DNA from: Gaiellaceae bacterium
GTDB taxonomy: Bacteria; Actinomycetota; Thermoleophilia; Gaiellales; Gaiellaceae
Length of the DNA: 64,000 nt
Reading direction: 5' to 3'
NCBI GenBank assembly: GCA_035457655.1
Contig: DATIBF010000053.1
Location: 23,182 to 87,181 of the forward strand
The position numbers and the translations under genes are program-made. Below, piece by piece: positions 1 through 10,026 of this stretch; positions within the stretch are counted from its first letter, which is position 1; every line of letters begins with the position of its first letter. The notes under the pieces were generated by a model. That model did not search any database and was not told where the DNA came from. It saw only the letters and a list, made by a program, of their open reading frames with translations.

Positions 1-2
1 CG

Positions 3-1268
3 GACGGGGAGATCTGGAGCAAGACGAACTTCGCCATCAGGCAGGCGCTGATCGCCAAGTACGACCAGGGCTTCCCGGCGGACGACGCCGACCTCCAGTA
101 CGCCTGCGCGAACGGCGAGCTGCCGCCGCAGAGCTGTCCAGGCAACCGACGCTGGATCCAGCTCGTCTTCGACTCGTACCTGCTCATGCCCACGAATCCG
201 TCGATGCTGCAGGCGCGCGACGCCCAGCTCGCGGCGGATCTCATGCGCTTCGGCGGCGCGAACCAGCGAGAGCTCTGGCTCGAGTTTGCCCGGCACGGCT
301 TCGGCAGGAATGCGACGAGCACCAACACGACGGCGAACACCGACACCGACCCGACTCCGGACTTCGAGCCGATCGGGACGGAGCCGGCGACGATCACGTT
401 CCGGGCGCGGGAGCTCAACTCCACCACGCCTGTGGCCGCACGGATCTTCGTCGGGCATTACGAGGGGCGAGCCTCGCCGATCGCCGACACGGATCCGGCG
501 TCGACAGGAGCCAACCTCGACGACGTCGCCAGGTTCGCACCCGGGACGTACGAGTTCGTCGCCACCGCCCCAGGCTACGGCCACCTCCGCTTCCGCGAGG
601 TCATCCGGAGCGGATTGGACCGGACGGTCCTGCTCAGGTTCGCCACCAACTGGGCCTCGGCGAACGCCGGAGCGGTGGCCACGGGAGACACGAGTGGCAC
701 GACTCCTGAGGCGCAGGCGCTCCAACTCCGCAACCTGATCGACGACACCGAGGGAACCATGTGGACCACGGCCGGCAACATCGACGGAGCAGGCAACCTC
801 TCGGTGGACGGCAAGCGCGTGACCGTCGACCTGGCCGGGACGGCGGCGCGGGAGATCCGTCACGTCCAGGTGAGCGCGTTGCTCGGAGGCAACCCGAACC
901 GCTTCACGGCCCTGCGCCAGTTCGAGATCTGGACGTGCGACGCGGCCGACGGCGACGACTGCGCGAGCGACGCTGGCTACATGCTCGTCTACTCGAGCCC
1001 GGCGGACGCGTTTCCGGGTGACCCGCCGCGGCCGGTCGCTCCGCACATGCTGCTCCGGTCCTTCGACATCCCGGACACTCAGGCGACGCACCTCCGGCTC
1101 GTGGTCAAGACGAGCCAGTGCACCGGGGGTCTTCTCTTCCAGGGAGACCAGGACGCCGATCCGGCGGTGAACGCCGACTGCGACTCGAACGTCGTGGCGG
1201 CGTCGCCCCGGAACTTCGTTCGCGCGGCCGAGCTGCAGGCATTCAGCTCCAGCTCGCGGACGAACTAA
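3..1268 (+). CDS. M36 (fungalysin-type) metallopeptidase, C-terminal portion; 5' end lies outside the window
   Basis: The frame is open from nt 3 (DGEIWSKTNF...) and is continuous with listed ORF 186..1268. MLQARDAQLAADLMRFGGANQRELWLEFARHGFG resembles the conserved C-terminal block of M36 peptidases. It is followed by a carboxypeptidase-regulatory-like stretch (GTYEFVATAPGYGHLRF) and a discoidin/F5-8-C-like tail (RQFEIWTC, AELQAF). Confidence 0.7.
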   Translation, partial: DGEIWSKTNFAIRQALIAKYDQGFPADDADLQYACANGELPPQSCPGNRRWIQLVFDSYLLMPTNPSMLQARDAQLAADLMRFGGANQRELWLEFARHGFGRNATSTNTTANTDTDPTPDFEPIGTEPATITFRARELNSTTPVAARIFVGHYEGRASPIADTDPASTGANLDDVARFAPGTYEFVATAPGYGHLRFREVIRSGLDRTVLLRFATNWASANAGAVATGDTSGTTPEAQALQLRNLIDDTEGTMWTTAGNIDGAGNLSVDGKRVTVDLAGTAAREIRHVQVSALLGGNPNRFTALRQFEIWTCDAADGDDCASDAGYMLVYSSPADAFPGDPPRPVAPHMLLRSFDIPDTQATHLRLVVKTSQCTGGLLFQGDQDADPAVNADCDSNVVAASPRNFVRAAELQAFSSSSRTN

Positions 1269-1293
1269 CGGAAGATCGATCGCTCGACCAGAA

Positions 1294-1324
1294 GCGAGGA
1301 GGGGGCCGACGGCCCCCTCCTCGC
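1294..1324 (+). terminator. GC-rich hairpin after the M36 gene (14-bp perfect stem, 3-nt loop, no U-tract)
   Basis: GCGAGGAGGGGGCC-GAC-GGCCCCCTCCTCGC starts 26 nt after the TAA stop at 1266-1268. Confidence 0.5.
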
Positions 1325-1350
1325 TCACCGGGCGCGACTACAGTGGCGGC

Positions 1351-2244
1351 GTGTCGAGCGCCCTGATCGTCAATCCACGGGCGTCGCGGGTCACGCCTGA
1401 GCTGACAGTCGCCGTCGAGCGTGCGCTCGCCGCCGGGGGTGAGGTGGAGACGCTGATCACCGAGGGCCCGAGGCATGCTGCCGACCTCGCGGCGGCGGCC
1501 GCGGACGCGTACGAGCGGATCTACGTCTTCGGAGGCGACGGGGCCTTCAACGAGGTCGTGAACGGGCTCGACAACGCCGACCTGCCGGTCGGGTTCGTGC
1601 CCGGCGGAGGGACGAGCGTCCTCTCGCGGGCACTCGGGCTGCCGCGCGACCCGGTGGCGTGCGCCGCGGCGATCGCCGCGGCGACGCGAGAGCGGCGGAT
1701 CTCGCTCGGGCGGGTCAACGGCCGCCGCTTCACCTTCAGCGCCGGGCTCGGGCTGGACGCCGAGCTCATCCGGCGCGTCGACGACCGCGGGCGCCAGTAC
1801 GGGAAGCGTCCCGGCGACGTCGTCTTCGTCAGGGCGCTCGCCGGCATCCTTGCCGGACGGCGCGGACGGCTCCGGCCGGCCATGACCGTCGCGGGCCACG
1901 GGCGTGTCGCGTTCGCCCTCGTTGCCAACTGCGACCCGTACACCTACGTCGGCGCGATCCCGGTGCACGCCGCGCCGCTGGCGCGGTTCGACCTCGGCCT
2001 CGACCTCGTCGCCCCCCGCGCGGTGGCGCCGTGGCAGCTTCCCCGGCTCGCGGCGTGGGCCTTCGGAGGGCGCGGGCAGGTGAGCTCCTCGCGCGCGCTG
2101 TACCTCCACGACCTCGACGAGCTCGAGATCGAGTGCGACTCTCCGCTGCCGCTCCAGGTCGACGGCGAGGACCTCGGCGACGTGGATGCGGCGCGCTTCG
2201 AGGCGGAACGGGAGGCGCTCAGGGTCCTCGTCGGCGATACTTAG
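1351..2244 (+). CDS. Diacylglycerol/lipid kinase family protein (YegS/BmrU-type)
   Basis: GTG start. FGGDGAFNEVVNGL and GFVPGGGTSVLSRALG are typical of the DAGK catalytic domain. Confidence 0.85.
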   Translation: MSSALIVNPRASRVTPELTVAVERALAAGGEVETLITEGPRHAADLAAAAADAYERIYVFGGDGAFNEVVNGLDNADLPVGFVPGGGTSVLSRALGLPRDPVACAAAIAAATRERRISLGRVNGRRFTFSAGLGLDAELIRRVDDRGRQYGKRPGDVVFVRALAGILAGRRGRLRPAMTVAGHGRVAFALVANCDPYTYVGAIPVHAAPLARFDLGLDLVAPRAVAPWQLPRLAAWAFGGRGQVSSSRALYLHDLDELEIECDSPLPLQVDGEDLGDVDAARFEAEREALRVLVGDT

Positions 2245-2248
2245 GAAC

Positions 2249-3278
2249 GTGGCACAGGTGCTTCCGGCCGAGCACGACGTTCGGCGGATCATCGGCGATG
2301 GGGAAGAGATAGCGGACAGCGAGGTCGAGGGTCTCGGCGACGCTGCGCTCCTCGATCTCTACCGGGGGATGGTCCTGCTGCGGACGTACGACGAGCGCTC
2401 GCTCGTCTATCACCGGCAAGGCCGGATCGGGACGTACGCGATCTTCTGGGGCCACGAGGCAATCCAGGTCGGCTCGGCGCTCGCGCTGGCCGAGGAGGAC
2501 TGGATCTTCCCGTCGTACCGCGAGTCGGCGATCGGTCTCCTGCGCGGGATGCCGCCCGAGACGGTGCTGGCATGGTGGCGCGGCCACCCGGCGGGCTGGT
2601 GGGACCCGCGTGAGTATCACGTCGCGTCCATCACGGTCCCGATCGCGACGCACGTCCCTCATGCGGTCGGCTACGCGTGGGGGGCGAGGCTCAAGGGCCG
2701 CAGCGACTGCGCGATCGCGTACTTCGGCGACGGAGCGACGTCGGAAGGTGCCTTTCACGAGGGCGCGAACTTCGCGGCGGTGATGCGTGCGCCGGTCGTC
2801 CTCCTCTGCAACAACAACCAGTGGGCGATCTCGACGCCGCTCTCGGCGCAGACCCGCGCCGAGTCGCTCGCGGACAAGGCGGTCGGCTATGGAATGCCCG
2901 GTATCCGCGTCGACGGGGGGGACGTCCTGGCCGTCTACGAGGCGACGACCGAGGCGCTGGCGCGGGCGCGTGCCGGCGAGGGGCCGACGTTCGTCGAGGC
3001 GCTGACGTACAGGGCGGCGCCGCACGCGACCGCCGACGACCCGAGCGCCTACTGGGATGAGGCGCGCGTCGAGGCCGAGCGGGCAAACGAGTGCGTGGGC
3101 CGTTTCGAGCGCTACCTCCGCCGGGCGGGGATCCTCACCGACGAGCTCGCCGAGGAGGCGCGCTCGGACGCGCTCGCCCGCATGCGGGAGGGGATCGCGG
3201 CGGTCGAGGCGCTCCCGCCGCCCGACCCCGAGGTCGTCTTCGCCCACGCCTACGCCGACCCGCCTCCGAGCCTCCGCG

Positions 3279-3286
<8 letters not shown>
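2249..3286 (+). CDS. 2-oxoacid dehydrogenase E1 component, alpha subunit (TPP-dependent)
   Basis: Motifs GDGATSEGAFHEGANFAAV, LLCNNNQWAIS and YRAAPHATADDP. I place the start at in-frame GTG 2249, just after the upstream stop; the listed ORF start 2186 lies inside the kinase gene. Confidence 0.9.
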
Positions 3287-4247
<961 letters not shown>

Positions 4248-4249
4248 CC

Positions 4250-5323
4250 ATGGCCTACGAGTTCAGGCTGCCGGACCTCGGCGAGGGGGTCGCAGAGGGC
4301 GAGATCTCGCGCTGGCTCATCGAGGTCGGCCAGGAGATTGCGGAAGACGACCCCCTCGTCGAGGTGCAGACCGACAAGACGACGGTGGAGATTCCCTCGC
4401 CGGCCGGGGGGACGGTGGCGCGGATCCTCGTCGCCGAGGGCGAGCTCGTCCCGGTCGGGACGCCGCTTGTCGTCATCGGCGACGGCGAGGTTGCCGTCGA
4501 GCCGCCCGCCGCTCCCCCCGAGCGGGCCAAGGCAACCCCGCTCGTTCGCAGGGTCGCGGCCGAGCTCGGCGTCGACCTCGCCCTCCTCGCCGGCACCGGT
4601 CCGGACGGGCGCATCACCGAAGAGGACGTCCGGCGCTTCTCGGCCCTGTCCGGGGGTCAGACCCCTGAACGTGGCTCGGGGCGACGTGTCCCGTTGCGCG
4701 GCGTGCGCCGCCAAATCGCCCAGCATCTGGCCGCGGCGCACCGCGAGGTTCCGGCCGTGACCGTGGTCGAGGAGTGCGACTTCACCGACCTGGCTGCGGC
4801 CCGGGGGGAGCGCTCCTACCTCCCCTACCTCCTGCGGGCGGTCGTCGCCGGTCTGAGGGAGTTCCCGGAGCTGAACGCGACGCTCGACGGCGAGGAGATC
4901 GTCTTCTGGGAGCGCTACGACCTCGGCATCGCCGTGCAGACGGAGGAAGGCCTCGTCGTGCCCGTGCTGCGCGGCGCCGACGAGAAGTCGCTGGACGAGC
5001 TCGAGGCCGAGGCGCAGCGGCTCGCCGACGGTGCCCGCGCCGGCACACTGAGGCCCGAGGAGCTGAAGGGCTCGACGTTCACGGTGACGAGTGCAGGGAA
5101 GCTCGGCGGCCTCTTCGCCACCCCCCTCGTCAACCACCCCGAGGTGGGCATTCTCGGCCTCCACCGGATCGCGCCGCGCCCGGCGGTCGTCGAGGGCCAG
5201 ATCGTCGTGCGCGAGGTCGGCTGGCTCGCCTGCACCTTCGACCACCGCGTGGTGGACGGCGCGCGCGCGAGCGCGTTCCTGCTGGCCGTCATCGGCCGCC
5301 TGGAGCTCTCGGAGTCGGTCTGA
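4250..5323 (+). CDS. Dihydrolipoamide acyltransferase (E2)
   Basis: Lipoyl domain (VEVQTDKTTVEIPSP), E3-binding domain (ATPLVRRVAAELGVDLALLAGTGPDGRITEEDV) and catalytic motif DHRVVDGA. ATG 4250 is in frame with listed ORF 3926..5323. Confidence 0.9.
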   Translation: MAYEFRLPDLGEGVAEGEISRWLIEVGQEIAEDDPLVEVQTDKTTVEIPSPAGGTVARILVAEGELVPVGTPLVVIGDGEVAVEPPAAPPERAKATPLVRRVAAELGVDLALLAGTGPDGRITEEDVRRFSALSGGQTPERGSGRRVPLRGVRRQIAQHLAAAHREVPAVTVVEECDFTDLAAARGERSYLPYLLRAVVAGLREFPELNATLDGEEIVFWERYDLGIAVQTEEGLVVPVLRGADEKSLDELEAEAQRLADGARAGTLRPEELKGSTFTVTSAGKLGGLFATPLVNHPEVGILGLHRIAPRPAVVEGQIVVREVGWLACTFDHRVVDGARASAFLLAVIGRLELSESV

Positions 5324-5384
5324 AACCGCCCGGCGAAGCCGCCCGTATAGGCGGTAGTAGGGACCTGGGGAGAAAGGAGGCAGT

Positions 5385-5894
5385 ATGAGGAAGATCCTCT
5401 TCCTCACGGTGCTCGTGGTGGTCGGGGCGTTTGCGGTCGCAGGGGCGACGGCCCTGGCCACGGGGGACGGCGGCCAGAGGTTCTCGACGAACCTGACTGG
5501 CTTCCAGGAGGTGCCCGCCATCTCCACGGCCGCAAGCGGGAGGTTCGTAGCCACGCTGGACGGCGACGAGCTCTCGTACGAGCTCTCGTACTCCGGCATC
5601 GAGGGCGGCACAGCCGTCTTTGCACACATCCATCTCGGCCAGCGTGCCGTGAACGGCGGCGTCAGCGCCTTCCTCTGCGGCGGCGGCGACAAGCCGCCTT
5701 GCCCCGCCACGGGGGGGACCGTGACCGGCGTCATCGACCCGGCTGACGTCATTGGCCCTGCCGGACAGGGCATTGCGCCAGGCGAGTTCGACGAGCTCAT
5801 CCGCGCTATGCGCGCAGGGGTCACGTACGCGAACGTGCACTCGGACCCCATGTGGCTCGGCGGCGAGATCCGCGGACAGATCAAACGCGGCTAG
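5385..5894 (+). CDS. Secreted CHRD domain protein
   Basis: Signal peptide MRKILFLTVLVVVGAFAVAGA. CHRD-type motifs AHIHLGQRAVNGGV and ANVHSD..GGEIRGQI. SD GAAAGGAGG lies upstream. Confidence 0.85.
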   Translation: MRKILFLTVLVVVGAFAVAGATALATGDGGQRFSTNLTGFQEVPAISTAASGRFVATLDGDELSYELSYSGIEGGTAVFAHIHLGQRAVNGGVSAFLCGGGDKPPCPATGGTVTGVIDPADVIGPAGQGIAPGEFDELIRAMRAGVTYANVHSDPMWLGGEIRGQIKRG

Positions 5895-5912
5895 GCCGCG
5901 CTCGAGGCGAGC

Positions 5913-5936
5913 GGGGGCGGTCGCCCAGCCGCCCCC
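5913..5936 (+). terminator. Short GC hairpin after CHRD gene 1 (8-bp stem GGGGGCGG/CCGCCCCC)
   Basis: Begins 19 nt after the TAG stop at 5892-5894 and is followed by CGTCCGCCTCTTTGG. Confidence 0.35.
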
Positions 5937-6021
5937 CGTCCGCCTCTTTGGCCGGGACGCTGAGGCGCGCTAGAGTCCCGTTGCCATTCGTGTGTCCGCA
6001 CGGGAGAAAGGGGAGATACAC

Positions 6022-6531
6022 ATGCGGAAGGTCCTGGGGGTAGGCGTCGCCTTGGTGCTGCTGCTTCTCGCGGTGGCCGGACTGGCGGCGGCGGGGGACA
6101 ACAACAACTACTCGGTTCACTTGGACGGCGACACGGAGGTACCGGCGAACGCCTCGTTGGCGACCGGTCAGGCGATCTTCAAGCTGAGCGCGGACGGCGC
6201 GTCGCTCGACTACAAGCTGATCGTCGCCAACCTGGACAATCCGGTCGCGGCGCACATCCACCTCGGCCCGCCTGGCGTGAACGGCCCGGTGGTCGCGTTC
6301 CTGTTCGGGCCCGCTGCGCCTGGAGGTGGGACCGCGAACGGCGTACTCGCGGAGGGCACGATCACCGCGGCGAACCTCGTCGGGCCGCTGGCCGGTCAGC
6401 CGTTCTCGGCGCTCATCGAGGCTCTGAACTCGGGGAACGCGTACGTCAACGTGCACACGAACGACGGCGTCCCCCCCGCCGGCACGGGCCCGGGCGACCT
6501 CCCGGGTGGGGAGATCCGCGGGAACTTCTAG
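6022..6531 (+). CDS. Secreted CHRD domain protein (tandem paralogue)
   Basis: MRKVLGVGVALVLLLLAVAGLAAA signal; AAHIHLGPPGVNGPVV and YVNVHTN....GGEIRGNF. SD AAAGGGGAG lies before ATG 6022, which is in frame with listed ORF 5992. Confidence 0.85.
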   Translation: MRKVLGVGVALVLLLLAVAGLAAAGDNNNYSVHLDGDTEVPANASLATGQAIFKLSADGASLDYKLIVANLDNPVAAHIHLGPPGVNGPVVAFLFGPAAPGGGTANGVLAEGTITAANLVGPLAGQPFSALIEALNSGNAYVNVHTNDGVPPAGTGPGDLPGGEIRGNF

Positions 6532-6557
6532 TTCAGGCTCGAGAGCGAGAAGGTTGA

Positions 6558-6589
6558 GAGACGGGCGGGCCGCCGGGCCCGCCTGTCTC
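6558..6589. terminator. Hairpin between convergent genes (14-bp stem with one G-U, 4-nt loop); candidate bidirectional terminator
   Basis: GAGACGGGCGGGCC-GCCG-GGCCCGCCTGTCTC lies between the + stop at 6531 and the - stop at 6631. Confidence 0.5.
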
Positions 6590-6630
6590 CCCCTTGCGGC
6601 GAACCGAACTGATGGGTTTCCAGGTGGCAC

Positions 6631-7344
6631 TCAGTCGCGGCCGCCCCGCACCGGGGCCTGCGCCGGCGGCGTGGGGAGCGGGACGTACTGGACGCTAGGG
6701 CGCCTGCGGCCGGCTTGCGGGAAGAGATCCATGAGGTCGTAGACCTCGCGCGGCAGGCCCACGACGACCGGGAGCCCGAGCCCCCGCGCTTCGCTGACCG
6801 TGATCGGGTCGTCGTGCGTGTAGTGGCCGCCGGCGAGCTCCTCGGCGATCGTCTCCGCGCGATCCGCGTCCAACCGGTTGCTGACGAGGTCGCGGACGAC
6901 GTGCTTCATGTGGCGGAGCGCCTTTTCGGCCACGTCGGCCATGATGAGGGTGCGGTCGTCCAGGCGCTCGACCGGCTTCTTGGAGACGACGCGGACGAGT
7001 GCGGCGGCCGGCAGGTCGCCGAGCTGCGGGTCGACGGGCCCGAGCACCGCCGAGTCGTCCATGAGGATCTCGTCTGCCGCGAGCGCGATCAGCGTGCCGC
7101 CCGACATCGCGTAGTGGGGGACGAGAACGGTCACCTTGCCCGGGTGCGCGTGCACGGCGTGCGCGATCTGCTCCGAGGCGAGCACGAGGCCGCCGGGCGT
7201 GTGTAGGAGGAGGTCGATGGCCGTGTCCGCGGGCGTCTGGCGGATCGCGCGCAGGACGGCCTCGGAGTCGTCGATGTCGATGAAGCGGTAGAAGGGGACG
7301 CCGAACACGCCGACGGTCTCCTGACGGTGGATCATGGCGATCAC
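6631..7344 (-). CDS. SDH-family (ClpP-fold) serine proteinase, membrane-anchored type
   Basis: IHRQETV....FIDIDDSEAVLRAI, HTPGGLVLASEQIA and HYAMSGGTLIALAADEILMD. Coordinates use the first canonical start (GTG 7344). The true start is probably upstream (see finding at 7345-7521). Confidence 0.85.
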   Translation of the reverse strand: MIAMIHRQETVGVFGVPFYRFIDIDDSEAVLRAIRQTPADTAIDLLLHTPGGLVLASEQIAHAVHAHPGKVTVLVPHYAMSGGTLIALAADEILMDDSAVLGPVDPQLGDLPAAALVRVVSKKPVERLDDRTLIMADVAEKALRHMKHVVRDLVSNRLDADRAETIAEELAGGHYTHDDPITVSEARGLGLPVVVGLPREVYDLMDLFPQAGRRRPSVQYVPLPTPPAQAPVRGGRD

Positions 7345-7525
7345 CCGCGAGTCGCGGGCTCGCTCCAGGGCCGAGAGCGCTCGCCTCCGCTGGGCGTGGA
7401 GCGTGCGCTGCGCGAGAACGGGAGTCCCGAACAGGACGATGATCAGGACGAAGATCCCGATCGCGAAGACGGTGCCCAGGTCGATCGGGCGAGAATACGG
7501 AGAGACGCGGCTAGTATCCGCCTAG

Positions 7526-7909
7526 ATGGACGGAGCTCTCGACTGGTACGCGCTCGGCGTCGTCTTCGGGCTCGGAGTCGCGGCGGGCGCGGCGGTCGTC
7601 GGCGCCCTGCGCGCCCCGGCCTGGGTCGCCGTTGCCGTCGGCGCCGGCATCGTGGCTCTGGCGCTCGTCCTGACCGTCCTTCCGTGGTGGACGATCGCCG
7701 CGTTCATCGTCGCGCTGGTCGTCGGGTTTGCGTCGCTCCGCAGGCTCTCCGCCGAGGCGATCCCGGCGGCCATCCTCGGCGCGGTCGTCGCCGCAGCCAT
7801 TCCTCTTCTCGGCTACGTCGCGGTCGCGGCGACCCCGATCGCGGGTGCCCGCCTCAACCGGCGGGCGGAGTCGCGCCATGCGGGCCTCCGGATTCTCGCC
7901 AAGGACTGA
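7526..7909 (+). CDS. Small hydrophobic membrane protein (about 4 predicted TM segments), unknown function
   Basis: The ATG ORF has G/C-rich third positions and Ala/Val/Leu-rich helices. No recognisable family. Confidence 0.5.
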   Translation: MDGALDWYALGVVFGLGVAAGAAVVGALRAPAWVAVAVGAGIVALALVLTVLPWWTIAAFIVALVVGFASLRRLSAEAIPAAILGAVVAAAIPLLGYVAVAATPIAGARLNRRAESRHAGLRILAKD

Positions 7910-9320
7910 GCTGACCGGCGCCGACGGACGGAAGCTCGTCCTCGTAGTCATCGACGGGCTGACGCCGGAGGCGCTCGAGCACGGTCTCGCCGCCGACCGT
8001 CTCCCGGCTCTCGCTGCGCTCTCGGAGGCCGGCTGGACGAGCCGCGCCACGAGTGTCTTCCCGTCCCTGACGCCGGTCTGCCTCACCTCCATCGCGACGG
8101 GTGCGTTCCCCGACGTCCATCACATCCCGCACCTCGTCTGGTATCACCGCGGGGAGTCCCGCGTCGTCGAGTACGGCTCGTCGTTCCCGGCCATGCGCGC
8201 GGTCGGGGCGCGCCGGGCGATCCGGGACACGATCTTCGCGATGAGCGGGGAGCACCTCTCGCCGCAGGCGACCACCGTGTTCGAGGCCCTGGAGGACGCG
8301 GGGCTCGAGCCGGCCGCGATCAACTTCACGTGCTATCGGGGGCGGACGCGCCATCCGATCAAGCTGCCGGCGCTCGCTCGCAGGAACCGCTGGTACGAGG
8401 CCGTCGACGGGCCGAAGCACTTCTTCTACTTCAACCTCTTCGAGTCCGAGCGGACCGGCGCTCCGCTCGCCATCCGCTCGCGGCCGGCGGGGTCGATCGA
8501 CGAGTACGCGGCGGCGGTCGGCCGCTGGCTCGTCACCCGCGACGCCTTCGACTTCCTCGTCTTCTATCTCCCGGACTACGACTACGCGTCGCATCTCGCC
8601 GGGCCGGACGGTTCGCTCGACGCGCTCGCGCGGACGGACGGCGCGATCGGCCGGCTCCTGGGGGCCGCCGGCGGCACCGAGTCGTTCCTCGAGCGCTACG
8701 CGGTCGTCGTCACCTCGGACCACGGGCAGACCCGGGTGGAGCGAGTGGGGCGCCTCCAGGACGCGTTCCCGCCCGGCGCGGACGGCACGCTCGCCCTGGC
8801 CTCCAACCGGGCCGGCATGGTCTACAGGCTCCCCGGCTGTCGGCTCGAGACCCGCACGCTCGCGGAGCGGCTCGACACCGAGCCCTGGGCGGACGTGGTG
8901 TTCTTCCGGGAGGACGAAGCGGCGGTGGCCCGGCGCGGCGGCGGTGAGCTCCGCTTCGCCCTGGACGGGGAAGACTGGCGGCTGGAGGGCGACGCTGCCG
9001 TGCTCGATCACGAGCTCTACCCGAACGGGCTCGCTCGCGCCTGGCATGCGTTGCTCGCTCCGACGGCGGGCGACGTGCTCGTCTCGGCGACGGAGGGCTG
9101 GGAGCTCGCCGACGGCGGCGGGCGGCACCACGCCGGTGGAGGCAGCCACGGCTCGCTCGTCGCCGGGGATACGTTCGTGCCGCTGATCGCGGCCGGCTTC
9201 GACATGTCTCCGTTCCCGCCCGAACCGGGAATCACGGACCTCGCCCCGCTCGTGTTGAGCCACTTCGACGTGCCGGTGCCCGAGTCGATGCGGAAGACTC
9301 GTGAGGCGGCGAGAGCCTGA
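7878..9320 (+). CDS. Alkaline-phosphatase-superfamily protein, nucleotide pyrophosphatase/phosphodiesterase (NPP) type
   Basis: LVLVVIDGLTPEAL (metal-ligand Asp), FPSLTPVCLTSIATGAFPDVHHI (Thr nucleophile context), VVTSDHGQ and GGSHGS. ATG 7878 was chosen within listed ORF 7728..9320. Confidence 0.8.
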   Translation: MRASGFSPRTELTGADGRKLVLVVIDGLTPEALEHGLAADRLPALAALSEAGWTSRATSVFPSLTPVCLTSIATGAFPDVHHIPHLVWYHRGESRVVEYGSSFPAMRAVGARRAIRDTIFAMSGEHLSPQATTVFEALEDAGLEPAAINFTCYRGRTRHPIKLPALARRNRWYEAVDGPKHFFYFNLFESERTGAPLAIRSRPAGSIDEYAAAVGRWLVTRDAFDFLVFYLPDYDYASHLAGPDGSLDALARTDGAIGRLLGAAGGTESFLERYAVVVTSDHGQTRVERVGRLQDAFPPGADGTLALASNRAGMVYRLPGCRLETRTLAERLDTEPWADVVFFREDEAAVARRGGGELRFALDGEDWRLEGDAAVLDHELYPNGLARAWHALLAPTAGDVLVSATEGWELADGGGRHHAGGGSHGSLVAGDTFVPLIAAGFDMSPFPPEPGITDLAPLVLSHFDVPVPESMRKTREAARA

Positions 9321-9966
9321 TTTCGAGGCGCTCCGCGAGCGGATGGTCGCGGAGCAGCTCGAGCGGCGTGGCATCTCCGACCCGCGCGTCCTCGAGGCGA
9401 TGAGGAAGGTCCCGCGCGAGGCGTTCACCGACGCCGACGACCGTAAGCGCGCCTACGAGGACATCCCCATCCAGATCGGCTGGGGCCAGACGATCTCGCA
9501 GCCCTACATGGTCGCGCTGATCTGTGAAGCGGCCGCGGTGCGCCCGAGCGACCGGCTCCTCGATGTGGGCACGGGCTCGGGCTACCAGGCGGCGGTGCTC
9601 GCTGAGCTGGCGCAGGAGGTGCACACGATCGAACGCCTGCGGCAGCTCGCCGAGCGCGCTCGCGAGAAGCTCGCCGCGGCGGGATACGAGCGGGTGCAGG
9701 TGCATCTCGGCGACGGCTCGCTCGGCGACCCCGAGCATGCACCCTTCGACGCGATCACCGTCGCTGCGGCGGCGCCCGAGCTCCCGCAGTCCCTCTACGA
9801 CCAGCTCGTCCTCGGGGGGCGGCTCGTGATCCCGGTCGGCGACCGGCGGGGCCAGCGCCTCGAGGTCGTGGTGAAGAGCCCGGAGGGCCCGGCGGTCGCG
9901 CACTCGGTCGAGTGCCGCTTCGTCCCGCTCGTGGGCGAGGAGGGTTACAGCGCCCGTTCCAGGTAA
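9301..9966 (+). CDS. pcm: Protein-L-isoaspartate O-methyltransferase
   Basis: VLEAMRKVPREAF, IGWGQTISQPYMVA, LDVGTGSGYQAAVLAEL and GGRLVIPVG. Confidence 0.95.
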   Translation: MRRREPDFEALRERMVAEQLERRGISDPRVLEAMRKVPREAFTDADDRKRAYEDIPIQIGWGQTISQPYMVALICEAAAVRPSDRLLDVGTGSGYQAAVLAELAQEVHTIERLRQLAERAREKLAAAGYERVQVHLGDGSLGDPEHAPFDAITVAAAAPELPQSLYDQLVLGGRLVIPVGDRRGQRLEVVVKSPEGPAVAHSVECRFVPLVGEEGYSARSR

Positions 9967-10026
9967 CGCCGTTTCACTTGGCGACGGGGTTTCGGGGGAG
10001 GAAGGCTCGGGCATGCCAGGTGCGGG

